This document shows positions 45,813 to 57,700 of a stretch of 64,000 nucleotides of DNA, one piece after another. A program made the translations under genes and the position numbers. This stretch comes from Rhizaria sp. SCN 62-66. Taxonomy: Eukaryota. Within the stretch, counting starts at the first letter, position 1; each line of letters starts with the position of its first letter. Under the pieces are notes generated by a model. It worked only from the letters and a program-made list of their open reading frames with translations. It ran no database searches and was not told the DNA's origin. The stretch covers positions 1 to 64,000 of the forward strand of contig MEDY01000037.1 of NCBI GenBank assembly GCA_001724265.1, written 5' to 3'.

Positions 45813-46539
45813 CGCTACGTGCCAAAAGATGTGGGGAGAGTTGAGAAGTTTGAATGTGAGCGTGAGAATGTGCCGAAGAATGCCACTACGCGGATCCATG
45901 GGTGGAACAGCCGGAATATTTCGTACGATAGTGCTATAATATGCTGCGAAGTGCAGGATTATGATGCGAGCATGCAGATATGTTGTGACTGGCACTCAGA
46001 AGAATCAGACACCGAAGTTAGAATGACCAAGCTTGTGCGACTTTGGAGCATCAGAAAACTTGCGATTTGTAGCCTCATATTGACTCAATACAACTGCTGA
46101 ATATTTGAACATATAAAGAAAAACATTTAATATTAAATTCTTGAACTTCTCTATCATGGAACGGATCCTACCTCCCTAAGTACTGTATCTCAATCCAAAC
46201 GGCATAACGTTTGTGAGGTCCAGTCTGGCTCGCAACGCGGTTTGTGTTGACCACCAGTTTGGTGACGAGTTGTCAGTGTCATAAACGACTCGACTCCAAC
46301 ACCATATCAAGATATTTAATGTTCATAAGACATAAAAATCGAAATGATCAAGTGTACTAAATGTATTTACGCCAGACTTGACCTCATATAGAGTTGAAAT
46401 GGCCCAGAATTGGCCAATATGGAAAAGCAACGTAACTATCACTTAAAACGGTTCACGGGAGCGCAAGATGTGCCACCGAGCACCCTGATTGTCATCACAG
46501 CCATAGTCACAGTCACGGGCATAGTCCCAGTCACCGCGC

Positions 46540-48213
46540 TCAATGTCCGCGCTGTCCCGCGGCGCCGCCGGCCTCTGCAGCGACGCCGGCGGCGGCGAGC
46601 TGAGCCTGCGCCTGCGCCGCGGCCTCCTCGAGCGCGGCGATGCGGCGCCCGTACTCGGCCTCCTGCGCGCGTGCCGCGGCGTCAAACTTGCCGGCCAGCA
46701 CGGCCAGCTCGCGACGCAGCGCCGCGCCGACCAGCGCCTGGTCCTGCGCGTTGAGCTCGGCGTGCGCGGTCAACACCTCGGCCGCCACGGGCACGGCCAC
46801 TGGGAACGCCAGCGCGGCCGCCAGCGGCGACGCCACCATCGCGGCCGCGGCCGCCGCGTCGCCCGCCGCGCGCGCCTCGTCGCGCGCCGCCGCGGCCGCC
46901 TGCTCGGGGTCCACGGCGGGCGCCGCAGCGGGCTTGGGCGCGGGCCGGAGCAGCTGCGCCACGTTCGCGCGCGCCGGGTACGCGGGGAAGCCCGTGGCAA
47001 AGCGCAGCGGCGCGCGCGGCGGCTGCACGGCCACGCCCGCCTGCACCAGCAGCGCGTGCGCGCGCGCCGCGGCCGCGTCGGCCGAGGGCGCCACGGGGAC
47101 GCCGTTGGCCGTGGCCGGGTGGTACGGCGGCACCGTCGCGCCGATCGCGACAGCGACGCCCGCGGCAGCGGGGGCGGCTGCGCTGGCCGAGGACGTCGAT
47201 GGCGAGAGCGCGGGCGCCGAGGCCGAGCCAGGGCGCCCGCTCGGCCCGGACGTAGCAGAGGCAGAAGCGGAGGCGGAGACAGCAGCGGTGGCGCTGGGGG
47301 AATGGCCGGTGAGCGCGCCGCCGTTGGGCAGCGCGACGGCGGGCAGCGCAAAGGGCCCCGCGGCGGCGGTCACAACGGGCACCACGGGCGCGGGGTCGGG
47401 GCGCGGGTACGCGGGCGGCGCGCTCCAGGCGAGCGGCGGCGCGAGGCGCGGCGCGACGGGCATCGCGGCGCAGAGCCGCGCCACCGTCTCCTGCGTGTCC
47501 AGCAGCAGGATGAAGTCGTGTGGGTGCGGTGCCGCGGCAGCGGCAGCGGGGCTGGCAGAGGCGGCACCAGCGGGAGCAACGCCGACAGGAGCGGCGAAAA
47601 GCGGCGAGGGCGCGGGCGAGAAGCCCGATTCGGGCGTGCACGCCTCGGCAGGCGCATAGGCGACGGCGCAGTCGAGCGCGACGAGGCGGTCCAGCGACGC
47701 GGGCTCGGCCAGCGAGCGGCGGACGTCGAGCACCAAATCGCGCGCAACGGCGAAGACGTACTGGTACATGGGCAGGAACTTTACATAGTTCTCGAGGAAG
47801 TAGCTCGACACAGCCTGCACATCGGCGGCCGAAAAGACGGCCATCGACGCGGGCGGCCGGTGCACCGAGTGCGCCAAGAGCAGCGCCTCAAAGTATTCGT
47901 AGCACGGCACGGGCGCAGGAGAGCGGCATGACCACGTGTGTGTGTCATGCACCAGCGCAAAGAGCACCGAGGCCTTGACGTCGTCGAGGTTAGCGCCTAC
48001 ACAGAATGTGAAGAGGTGGCTGTAGAGCTCGAGCAGGATGTCCTGGCGCATCGCATTGCTTGAAGCGTCCTCTCCGGAGCATGGATAGCGGAAATCAAGA
48101 TTGAATACCTCACGGAGAACCTTGTGCTTCTCAGGCAAATTCGTCGCGACGCGCAGGCGAGCCAGCGCGGTCTCGGAGATGACTTCAAACGGGGTGTGGA
48201 GTGTCGTCGTCAT
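46540..48213 (-). CDS. CFAP119: Flagellar central-pair protein CFAP119/CCDC189 (C1a-32-like) with an Ala/Pro-rich insertion and C-terminal coiled coil, 557 aa
   Basis: DILLELYSHLFTFC, FEALLLAHSVHRPPASMAVFSAADVQAVSSYFLENYVKFLPMYQYVF match the family pattern HSVxRPPxSxxxFS...Y..VF. Ends TGA. Confidence 0.8.
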   Translation of the reverse strand: MTTTLHTPFEVISETALARLRVATNLPEKHKVLREVFNLDFRYPCSGEDASSNAMRQDILLELYSHLFTFCVGANLDDVKASVLFALVHDTHTWSCRSPAPVPCYEYFEALLLAHSVHRPPASMAVFSAADVQAVSSYFLENYVKFLPMYQYVFAVARDLVLDVRRSLAEPASLDRLVALDCAVAYAPAEACTPESGFSPAPSPLFAAPVGVAPAGAASASPAAAAAAPHPHDFILLLDTQETVARLCAAMPVAPRLAPPLAWSAPPAYPRPDPAPVVPVVTAAAGPFALPAVALPNGGALTGHSPSATAAVSASASASATSGPSGRPGSASAPALSPSTSSASAAAPAAAGVAVAIGATVPPYHPATANGVPVAPSADAAAARAHALLVQAGVAVQPPRAPLRFATGFPAYPARANVAQLLRPAPKPAAAPAVDPEQAAAAARDEARAAGDAAAAAAMVASPLAAALAFPVAVPVAAEVLTAHAELNAQDQALVGAALRRELAVLAGKFDAAARAQEAEYGRRIAALEEAAAQAQAQLAAAGVAAEAGGAAGQRGH

Positions 48214-48371
48214 TCCCTCTGCAGAACAAGATAATAGACAATAGTTTTTGAATTTTCAAAATTAGTAATGTTGTTTACACGCAACATTTAATATTATATG
48301 TCCATGATTTTGAGCAATAACGATGAAAACATGTCCTTCCAGGGGTCGACATTTCGGTGAGAGAAACGATC

Positions 48372-48386
48372 GTTGCCACTGGCAAC
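48372..48386. promoter_or_regulatory. Palindromic X-box-like motif upstream of CFAP119
   Basis: GTTGCC-ACT-GGCAAC fits the RFX consensus GTNRCC(N0-3)RGYAAC; ~160 bp upstream of the ATG. Confidence 0.4.
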
Positions 48387-48729
48387 GGCCGACCGCGAGT
48401 GTAAGAAGAGTGACACATACTTGGCTGGAGTGGAATGTGATCAAACAAGTCAAAGAATGAAGTGTCCTATGATTTAGGACATGTCAGCAAGAAGAATATC
48501 ACATTAATCAAGCTGTATTATGATAAGGTTGCGCTTTCGCTTTACACAAGCTGAAGTATCGCGGAGCCGTCGAGCATGTCACTGCAGACGACACTGAAAC
48601 AAACTCAGGAAACAAATCAATATATACACGTAGAAGTACATAGCACGGAAATTTCAATCAAAAAGATAAAATATGAACTTATTATTCAACGTTTTCGCAT
48701 CTTTAAAATCCATAAAATCTCAAATCGTG

Positions 48730-51700
48730 TTAACGAGTTTGAGACGGATGCCGCGGCGGTCGCGGTGGCGGTGCAGGCGCTCGCGCCTGCGACTCTGAAT
48801 ACGTCGGCGGGGGTTGCAAGTCACCGTGAGGCTCGACGCCAAGGCTCTCGCGGTCGCGGCCACGGGGACGCTGCGGCACCACAGGCACATGTGCATGTGT
48901 CGTCACAGGCTGCGATTCCTGAGCAGCCTCTTCAACACCACCAGTGGCACGCTCATACGCGGGCGTGCGCTCGCGCGACGTGTCGCGGGAGCCGGGCCGC
49001 GTCTGCGGGCGCGAGATCGGGCGCGTGGGCCGCACGGGCGGGCCCAGCAGCGACGTCTCTGCAGCGTTGTACACCAGAGGGTGCGCGGGCGCAGGTGTGA
49101 GCGCAGGAGCAAGCGGGGCCGACGCGGGTGCTGTCGGAGCAGCGGCTGTGGGCGTCACGTAGGGCGGAGACAGAAGAGGCGCATGAGCCACAGCGGCTCC
49201 AGCAACGCCATCCACATGACCGGTGGCATCCTGAGTAAAAGCGAAGACTGGCGGTGTTTCAGGCACAGAAGCAGGCACAGACACAGGCGTAGGCGCAGAT
49301 GCAGGGGCCGGCTCAGCTGCCGACACGGACGGCGGTGCGGGCGTAGGCGAGGAGAGGTGCGCAAGGTTGAGCCGCGCGCCGCCGCCGTTGGGGTGAAAGA
49401 TGCCGCTGGTGAGCCCCGTCCCCGACGCGCTGCCGCGCGCACCGCCGGGCGAGAGTGTCTCCTGCGCGGCGTCGTCACGCGCGTTCGCCGCGGTGGGCGT
49501 GGCGCGCGCGGGCGGACGCGGCGGCAGCGGCGACAAGGTGGAGGCGCGCTGCATAGCCGGTGGGGCACCATTAGCGGTGGCAGGAGCAGCGGCGTCGCCG
49601 GATTCGCTGCCGCCGAAGCCGCCTGCCTCGCTGCCCGCGGTCGGCGGCAGCATCGCCAAGCTGAGCCCGCCACCGCCGATTCTGGAGGGACAGGCATAGC
49701 CGTCTAGCGGGAAATGGCTGGGAAGACTGCCTGGTGCGGCCACGCTGGCGCTCTCGCTGGCGCTCACGCTGACAGCGTCGCTGTGGTTGTGGCTCTGGCT
49801 GCGCGCGTCACACTCGCCCACGCCCGTGTGGCTGGCGGGCGCCGGCGGGAACGTGGGCACAGGTGTCGCCGGCAGCGAAGGCCGCCGCGGCAGCGCGGGC
49901 GTGGGGCCTGCGGACGCGACGCCAATGAGGCTCGAGGCAGAGTTCTGTCGCAACGGCGTCGCGGGCGTCGAGCCTGCAGCCAACAGTGAGTTGCCGCTGA
50001 CGTTGCCGGTCTGCAGAGACAAGGGAAGCGGGCCGGGCGCAGGAGCCGAGGTGGGCTTCTCAGGCGAAGGGGTCTTCTTGCCAAAAATACGCGTGAACAG
50101 TCCCTTCTTCTTTTTCTTCTCAGCATCAGTCCCGGCTGTCGCGTCAGGAGCACGTAGCATTGACGAGCCCAACAACAGCGCCTGGCGCTCACGCTGGCGC
50201 CGCGCCTGCTCTTCGGGGCTCACGTCATCGTCACCGTCGGCGCTGTCGCCGTCGCCGCGCTCGCCGCCGTTGCCAGGGCCAGCACTAGTAAGAAGTGACT
50301 GCGTGATGCGCGCAACGCCACTCTTGCCCAGCGAAAGCCCCGCGCGTGCGAGGATCTGCGGCGCCTGCCACAGCAACCGGCGGCGCATGATAGCTTCGAC
50401 GAAGCCCAGCACGCGTGCCCATCCCTGTTCCGCCGCGGGCACCGCGCTCACGCGGTACACGGCGCCGCCGGCAGCGGGCACGCCCGCCGCAGCGGCTGCA
50501 GCTGCGGCCGAGTTGGCCGCCGGCGAAGGCAGCAGTGCGGCGGCCACGGAGGCGCTTAGCGACGCGGTGGCGGGGTCGGCGCCGGGCCCCAGTCCGCGGC
50601 GGTGCGCGGCCTCGGGTCCGAAGCCCAGGCGCGACAGCGGCGCGAGCGAGCGCGAGAGCGCAATAGGCTCCGTGGTGGCGACAATGTTGGACAGCGTGAG
50701 GTGGCCGCTGAAGACGCGAGCACGCGCCGACACGGAGCCCAGACGCAGGTATTGCACGTACAATAGCGGGATCACAGTGGTTATCGTAGGCAACGCAGGC
50801 GCAGCTGCAAGGAAGGCCGCAGAGGGCGAGCCCATCGCAAAGCCTGCAGCGGCAGCCGCAGCGGCGGCCGCTGAGGGCGACGCATAGAGTGCGCCAAAGG
50901 TCGAGGAGGGACTGTGCGAAGAGAACGCCCCGCCTGCGCCACCCGCGGCCAGAGGCCGGAAGTAGCGCGTGTCAACCACGAGCGCGCCCTTGTTCTTGCC
51001 ACCAGACGGCGCGTCCGCTGCAGCGCTCTTGCTGGAGCTAGATCCAGCAGCAGGCTGCGCGGTGGTAGCAGGTGCGGCGTCGTCGGTGGTGCCCAGAAAG
51101 AACTCCTTGAGCAGCGCGTAGTGATTGCGCGGGAGCGTAAGTTCGAGCGGTAGCAGCGACAGCTCAAGATGATTGTACGCTGTGACGGTGTAGGCCACAC
51201 CGCGCTCGCTGTGGCGGCAAACATTCGGGCCGCACTTGGGGCAGCTGCCGTTGGCGCCCGCCACGCGCGGCACGGAGGGCGCCAGCACAGTGGGTCCGCG
51301 GCCCGCGAGACGCGGGTGCAGGGCGCTGAGAGGCGCGCTGGTTGACCAGGAGAATGCGACGAGCGGCGCACGGCCACGGCGGCGGTCGCGATGCTTCCAC
51401 TGAGGAGCAGTTGCGTCGGGCCGCAAGATGGCGAATGCAGCTGAGCGCGGGTTTGTCGAAGCAACGTCGATTGATAAGAGCGACAACAGAGCATCAACGT
51501 CGCCGTCACCGTCGTCCTCGCCAAGACCACCAGCGCCACTGCTGTTGCTGTTCGTGCTGACACTCGAAACAACGCTCAGACTGCCGCGGCGTGCGCGGGA
51601 GTCTTCAGGCATCGGCGTCTCGGGGCTGCAGGGCGAAGAGTCGAAGGACGGCAGCGCCGAAGGCAGGTTGCCGACGCTGGCTGAAAGCAGATTCAGCAAC

Positions 51701-54700
51701 GCCGCCGAGTCGCTCACGGTCCCGCCATAGCCGTGGCCAGATTGCGAGACACTGAGACTGGCGCTGCGTGTCACAGCTACAGATCCGTTCTTCTTGGCAG
51801 CCTTCTTGCTCACCTTGACCTGCTCTGCAAGCGCGCTCTCCAATCCCTTGGTTTGCGCCTTGATGGCCTTGCTCAGCGCTGCCGCGCGCAGCACCTCGGA
51901 GTGGCACGTCAGCGCCGCAACGTTGAGCGAGCCGCTCTCGCCCAGCGACGAGAGAGCGCCGAATGACTGCGACCGCAGCACAGTCACGCGCGCTGGGGCG
52001 GGCGCGCCGGCGGCCGTCACTGCAGCCATTCCCGACGTGAAGCCAACCTGCGCCGGTGTCGCACCAGTGGCAGCCGCGGCCGTGGCGGCCGTCGTCATGA
52101 ATGCGATGCCTGGACTGCTGAGGCCATCAGCGTGCAGCAACGGAAGTGCAGCGACAGGCGCCGAAGGCCCGACAGCCGCGGCAACCGCCCACTCCCAACC
52201 GCCCGACTCGTGTCGAGCGTCCACATCAGCGCGCGCAGCAGGCCCGGCGTCCTGTGACGCAGCGGCATCGGTGGTGCAGTGATACCACGTGAACTCACCC
52301 TCGGCGTCAGACAGCAGCGCGTGCAACAAGATGCCGTGCCGGTTGTGCAACTGCTTGTACAACCGAGAAAGCAGCTCCGAAGACGCCGCGGCCGCGCCGC
52401 CTGCAGCCAGCGAGCTTCCGCCCGTAGGGTCTGCGCCAGCAGCGGGCGCTAACTGTGCAAGCTTGGCAGCGGCGCGCGCCATCGATGCCGCAGCCTGGTT
52501 AAAGCTGGCAACCTGTTTCGCGTTCGTGTACGGGTGCACGAGAGACCAGCGGATGCGCGTGATGCCAAACCGCACTGAACGCTGCACCGGCGTCACCGCA
52601 AGCGCAGCAGTCGCACAGGCGTTTCTCGCGCCAGCGCCGTTCGAGAAGGCGCCGGAGAGCGCGCGCGGCACCAGCGCCGCGCCGCTCTGTGCATGCAGCG
52701 GGCGCAGACGCGGCGGCGGCGCAACGCCCGAGGCGTCAGTCGCGGCGTCGGAGCCAGGCTGAGACGCAGGCGGCGGTGTGAGGAAGATTCCCGCGCCTGA
52801 TGCGCCCGCAGCGACCGCTGCCGCGGCGGTCTCCAGTGCGCCGGCAATCTTGAGCGCACGCGCGGCATCGGTGTTGGGCACAGAGGGACGTGAGGACTGC
52901 ACATTGCCGTCCTCATCCTCAAACTCATCCTCTTCTTCGTAAGGCTCCAGCGCCATGCCCGCGCCCGGGAACGCGGCTTCGCCCACCTTAGGCACGAAAA
53001 GCGCATCGCCGCCCGTCGCACCGTGCGCCGCGCCCAGAGAAAAGGCTGCACCCGCGCCGGCGCTGCTATTAGCGCCCGCGCAAATCGCCCCCGCCGAAGC
53101 GGTTCCAGCGGCGGGCGCGTTCTGCAGCGAAGAGTAGAAGGCCACGCCGAGCTCGATAAGCGACTCGACCGGCAGCGCCCACAGCGCGTCGTCAACAGCG
53201 GCCTCCCAGCCGTCCACGACGCCCGCGGGCGTGGCCGCGGACGCGGACGCGGGCGCGAACGGCGCCAACACAGGCGTCGGCGCAACCGATGCGACCGCGG
53301 CCGTTGAGACGGAGGTCCCGACGGAAGTGCGGAAGCGCGTGGCGGGCCGCGGTGTGAGTTGTGACCAGAGGAACGCCGGCGACACAGCCGTGGCTGCCAC
53401 GGTGGCGGCAGCGACAGTGGCGCGGCTGGCGGGCGGCAGCGAACTCGCAGGCAGCGCGGGCGGCGGCGGGTAGAAGATCGTAATGGTGTTGTTGCAGCGC
53501 GTGCCCGCAGCTGCGGCTGCAGCCGTCATGGCGCGCATGTAAGGGCGGGCCTGGATCACAGCCAGCGCAGGCGCGCCACCGACAGTGTCCGCAACAGCAG
53601 CGGCCGTGGCAGCAACGGCAGCGGAGGCGGCCGGACTTGTGCCGGGCATCAGTGTCGCCGCAGCAGCGGTGGCCGCAGCGGTCGCGGCTGCGCTGGGCGC
53701 CGCGAAAGGCGAGTTGACGGTCGTGGTGACCGTGAGCAGGTGCGTCAACGAGTACGAGTGCGTCTGCACACCCGCGCCCGTGGCGACTGCAATGAGCGAG
53801 CCTGACGAGAGCGCCGAAGTGGCGTCCTCGTCGTCGCCCTCGGTGCTGCCGCTGGCAACGCTGCCGCCGGCCGCGGCCGCGCACGTGGAGCCTAGGTGCA
53901 GGTCGTACTCGGACTCGCAATCGCTCCACGCGTGCTCCACCTCGTCACCGCTCTCGGCGCTGTCGCCGTCGCGCGCCGCGGGGTCGCCGGGCGCGGAGCT
54001 GGTCACGCTCGTGCTTGGCCGGCGCACGCCGGCGCTGGTGGGTCTCTGCGCAGACTGCGCGGTGGACGACGCGCTGCTGCCGCGGCGGTGCTGGTCCCAG
54101 AGCGGGCGCACGGCGTAAGCGGCCGACAGTGCGGCGCCCACACCGAGCCCCTGCTTGAAGAAGGCGTCGTAGGGGTAGCTGTCGCAGTAGAGCCCGCCGT
54201 CCTCGCTTACCCCGGCCGTCGCCGCAATCGCGCTGGACGGAGTCGCGCCCGCGCTGCTGCCGGAGCCGCCAGAGCCGCCGGCCGCGCCGTTCGCGCCGGA
54301 GCTCGACGCGCTTGCAGCGGCGGACGCAGCGGCAGCAGCGGCCACGGAGGCGGCCGCAGTGATGCCTGAGGGAAGCGGCGGGCGCGCGGGTCGGCGGCGT
54401 GTGCTAAGACGCGTGACAAAGGCCAGGGGGCCTTGGGGCGGCACTGCGGGGCGTCGGCGCGGATATGGCGCGGGAGTGCCGCGCTTGCCAACGCCGCTGA
54501 AAGCAACGCTGGCGGCTGCCGCAGAGGCAGCCGTGGCAAGCGCGCACGCAGTGTCTGGCGCCGGCGGGGCGGCGGGCGGCGCGCGCATGGAGCTGCCGAT
54601 GAGCGCGAGCAGGTCGCCGTCCAGCGGCCGGCACGTCAGCGCGGTCGGCGATGACAGCGCGTACGGCATCACCGACCCGCGCGGGCCGCCGCCGCCCGCG

Positions 54701-57700
54701 GCACCGCCGCCCTGCGGCGGGGCGCCGTTCGAGGGCGAGGACAGCGTCGAGTCGGCGCTGGCGGCGGCAGCCGAGTACACCGCGTGGCCGTGCGCGACGG
54801 GCGCAGGCGGCGTCTGCTCGAGGAAGCACGCCGTAATGACCGACATGAGCGCGCGGAACTCGATGCTTGATGTGCGCACCTTGAGGTGCGGCAGGAACGC
54901 AGTCGTGCGCACCACGGGCGGCCGCGCCGCAGGCACCGTGAGCACCGTGGGCGGCAGCGGCGAGAGCAAGCAGCGCTGCCACGCACTCGCGGCCTCGGGG
55001 ATCGGCGCCGCAGCCACGCCGGACGCGCTGGGCGCAGTCAGCAGCGAGTGCAGGCGCCACGCGTCGGCGGCACGCGCCACGAGCGAGCTGACGTTGGTCA
55101 GCACGGCGGCAGGCACAGGCACCAACACGTCGCCCGCGCTCGCCGCAGCGGCCGCAGCCGCGGCAGCAGTGTTCCCGGCGTTGCCGAACGGCAACGCCGG
55201 CGTCGGCGCTGTGACGGAGATGGCGGCGGACGCGCCGGGCAGCCTGCAGTAGGAAAGGTGCGCGACAGGCGCGGGCGGGTCGCCACCCAGGAGGTACAGA
55301 TAGGGGTAGTCAGGGTGCAGCTGCGCCACCGCGCACGGCAGCGTCACACGCGCGCGCGGGGGCGGCGGCGGCAGGGCGGAGCTGCCCGTGGCAGACGAGC
55401 TCGCGCTCGCTCTCGCAGCGGCCGCAGCGGCGGAAGCAGCGGCAGCAGCGGCCGACGCAAGACTGCTGCGGGGCAGCGCCAGTCCTGTGGGCCCGAAAAA
55501 GTCCACGAGCGGGTTCTCCACGAGCGCGGGGGGCGGAGGAGGCGGCAGCAGCTGGTGCGTCGTACGCGCAAAAAACATCGACGTGGGCGCCGTGATGCGG
55601 CGCAGTGCACCTGTGGGCAGGCGGCGGCTGTGGCGGCCCGCCGTAGCGCCGACTGGCGAGGCCAAGGGAACGGACGCTGCGGAAGCGTTTGAGCGCGTTG
55701 TGGCGTTGTAACGCGCCAGCGCCGCGCCCGGCGGCAGCGCACGTGTTTGCGCAGGATCGACGGGGCCGTTGGGGGACAGCAGCGATGTGACGCGCAGCGA
55801 GCGCGGCGCAGCCTCGTCCTCAGCACCGGCGGGCAGCGGCAGCAGCAGCGACTTGAGCGACGACGGCGACTTGGGCAGCTCGGGCTGAGCAGCGGCTGCA
55901 GCAGCAGCAGCAGTAGTTGCAGCGTTGACGTTCGCGCTGGGGCGAGCGGGGGAGAGCGGCGGGATGACGGGGCGGCGCGAGCGCACGCGCTGGCGGAAGA
56001 GCGGGATGAAGAGCGCGCGCGGGAGCCAGTGGTAGAACTGCGTGAGGTCAACGGACGCCGAGGGCAGCACAAAGAGCTGCGTGTGGAACAGCGACGTCGA
56101 CATCGACCGCTCGCAGTACGGGTCCGCGAGACCAAGCGCGGCCGCCGCGCCCACCGCGGCCGCGGCCATGGGGGCGGCAAACACGTGGCCGTGCGGTGAA
56201 GAGCGCAGCGTCGGCGCGATTAGCGCGGGCACGGCGGACGCAGACGGGGATGTGGCCCCGCGCGCGGGCGCAGAGGCACCGCCCGCGAACGGGCTCAGAG
56301 GCCCGGGCGAGTCGCCGCCGGATGTCACAGCCGCGGCAGAGCCCTGTGCCTGCAGCGCCTGCGACCAGGTCGGCAGCACGAGGAAGGGCAGTCCGCGCAT
56401 CTCGACGCGCGCGAGCGTGGCAGCAACAACGACGCTGCTATTGCCACCGCTGCCGCCCGACGCGGTGCTCACGCTTCTAATGGGGTGCGCGTGGGCGTGC
56501 GCGGGCGTGAGGCCGGCCAGCGGGCCTGCCGTGCCCTTGGAGCCGGAGCTCGTGGTCGGCGGTCCGCGGAACGGCGACAGCATTCCCGCCCCGGCGGCAG
56601 CGCCGCTTTGGGGCCCGGAAGAGCCGCCAGGCGCGGACAGCATTGAGTTCGACGCGGAGTCCGCGCCACCCGCGCCGGCGGTGGAGCCGGCGGGGCGCAA
56701 GCGTGTGACTGCATTATTCTTGCCGCCAGTGCCGCCGACGCGGAACGGCACGACGCCGCCACCGGCCGCGGAGCCGTTGCCAGTCGCGGCAGAGGCTGCA
56801 GACGTGGCCGCGGCGGCGGGCGCAGAGGCTGCAGCAGCGGCCGCAGTGGTAGCAGCCGTGTCGCCGTCGCCCAGGAAGATGATCTGCGGGCGCAGCAGGT
56901 CGAACACGAACAGGCGGTGCCACTGCGGGTGCGCCAGCACGACGGGGGCGGGCGCGGCCACGGAGCCGGCCGCTGCAATCCCGATGGTGCTCGCCGTCGA
57001 GGGCGCACAGCGGGCGTTGGCAGCCATGGCGGCCGCGGCGGCGGTAGCCAGCGCGGCGCGCGTGACTGCCGTGAGCGAGCCCAAAGCTCCCTGCGATTGT
57101 TGCCTACGGTGGCGTGGCGAGCGCGCCGCGTCAGGCGAGGCGGCCCCGGCGCTCGACGCGGCCGCAGCGGCCGCGGCAACGGCGGCGGCGGACGAGCTCG
57201 GCACCTGCGCCTGCGGCTGCGCGGGCGAGCCGGGTGTCATCAGCGTCGCCGCCAGCGCGCGCGCCAGGTGCGACTGCGAGCCGCGGCCCGCCGCGTCGGC
57301 CGCCTCGCCCTGCGCGCCGGCGGCAGTGCCGGGCGCAGAGACGGGATTGGCGGCGGCGCTCTTGGCGGCTGCAGCGGTCGAAGTAGCGGTGGCGGAGGAT
57401 GAAGTGCCTGCGCGCGTCGTGGCGGCCGCGGTGGCGGCGTCGGGCGTGGTGACGAGTAGGCAGTTGGCGCCGCCGTACACCTCCGGGTACGCGCGGTGCG
57501 AGAACGACACCGACACGGGCACGGGCAGCGACAGTGGCGGAGCCAGTTCGCAATAGAAGAGTCGCGGCGGTACTGAGCCTGTGTTGGACGCAGGGATAGA
57601 CAGTGAAGGAACGGGCGCGGTGCGGCTCGATTGCCGGCTGCCCCCGTTGCGGTCGCGGTCCGTCGCTGCAGGCGCGGGCGCTGCAGTAGCTGCGGAGCCA

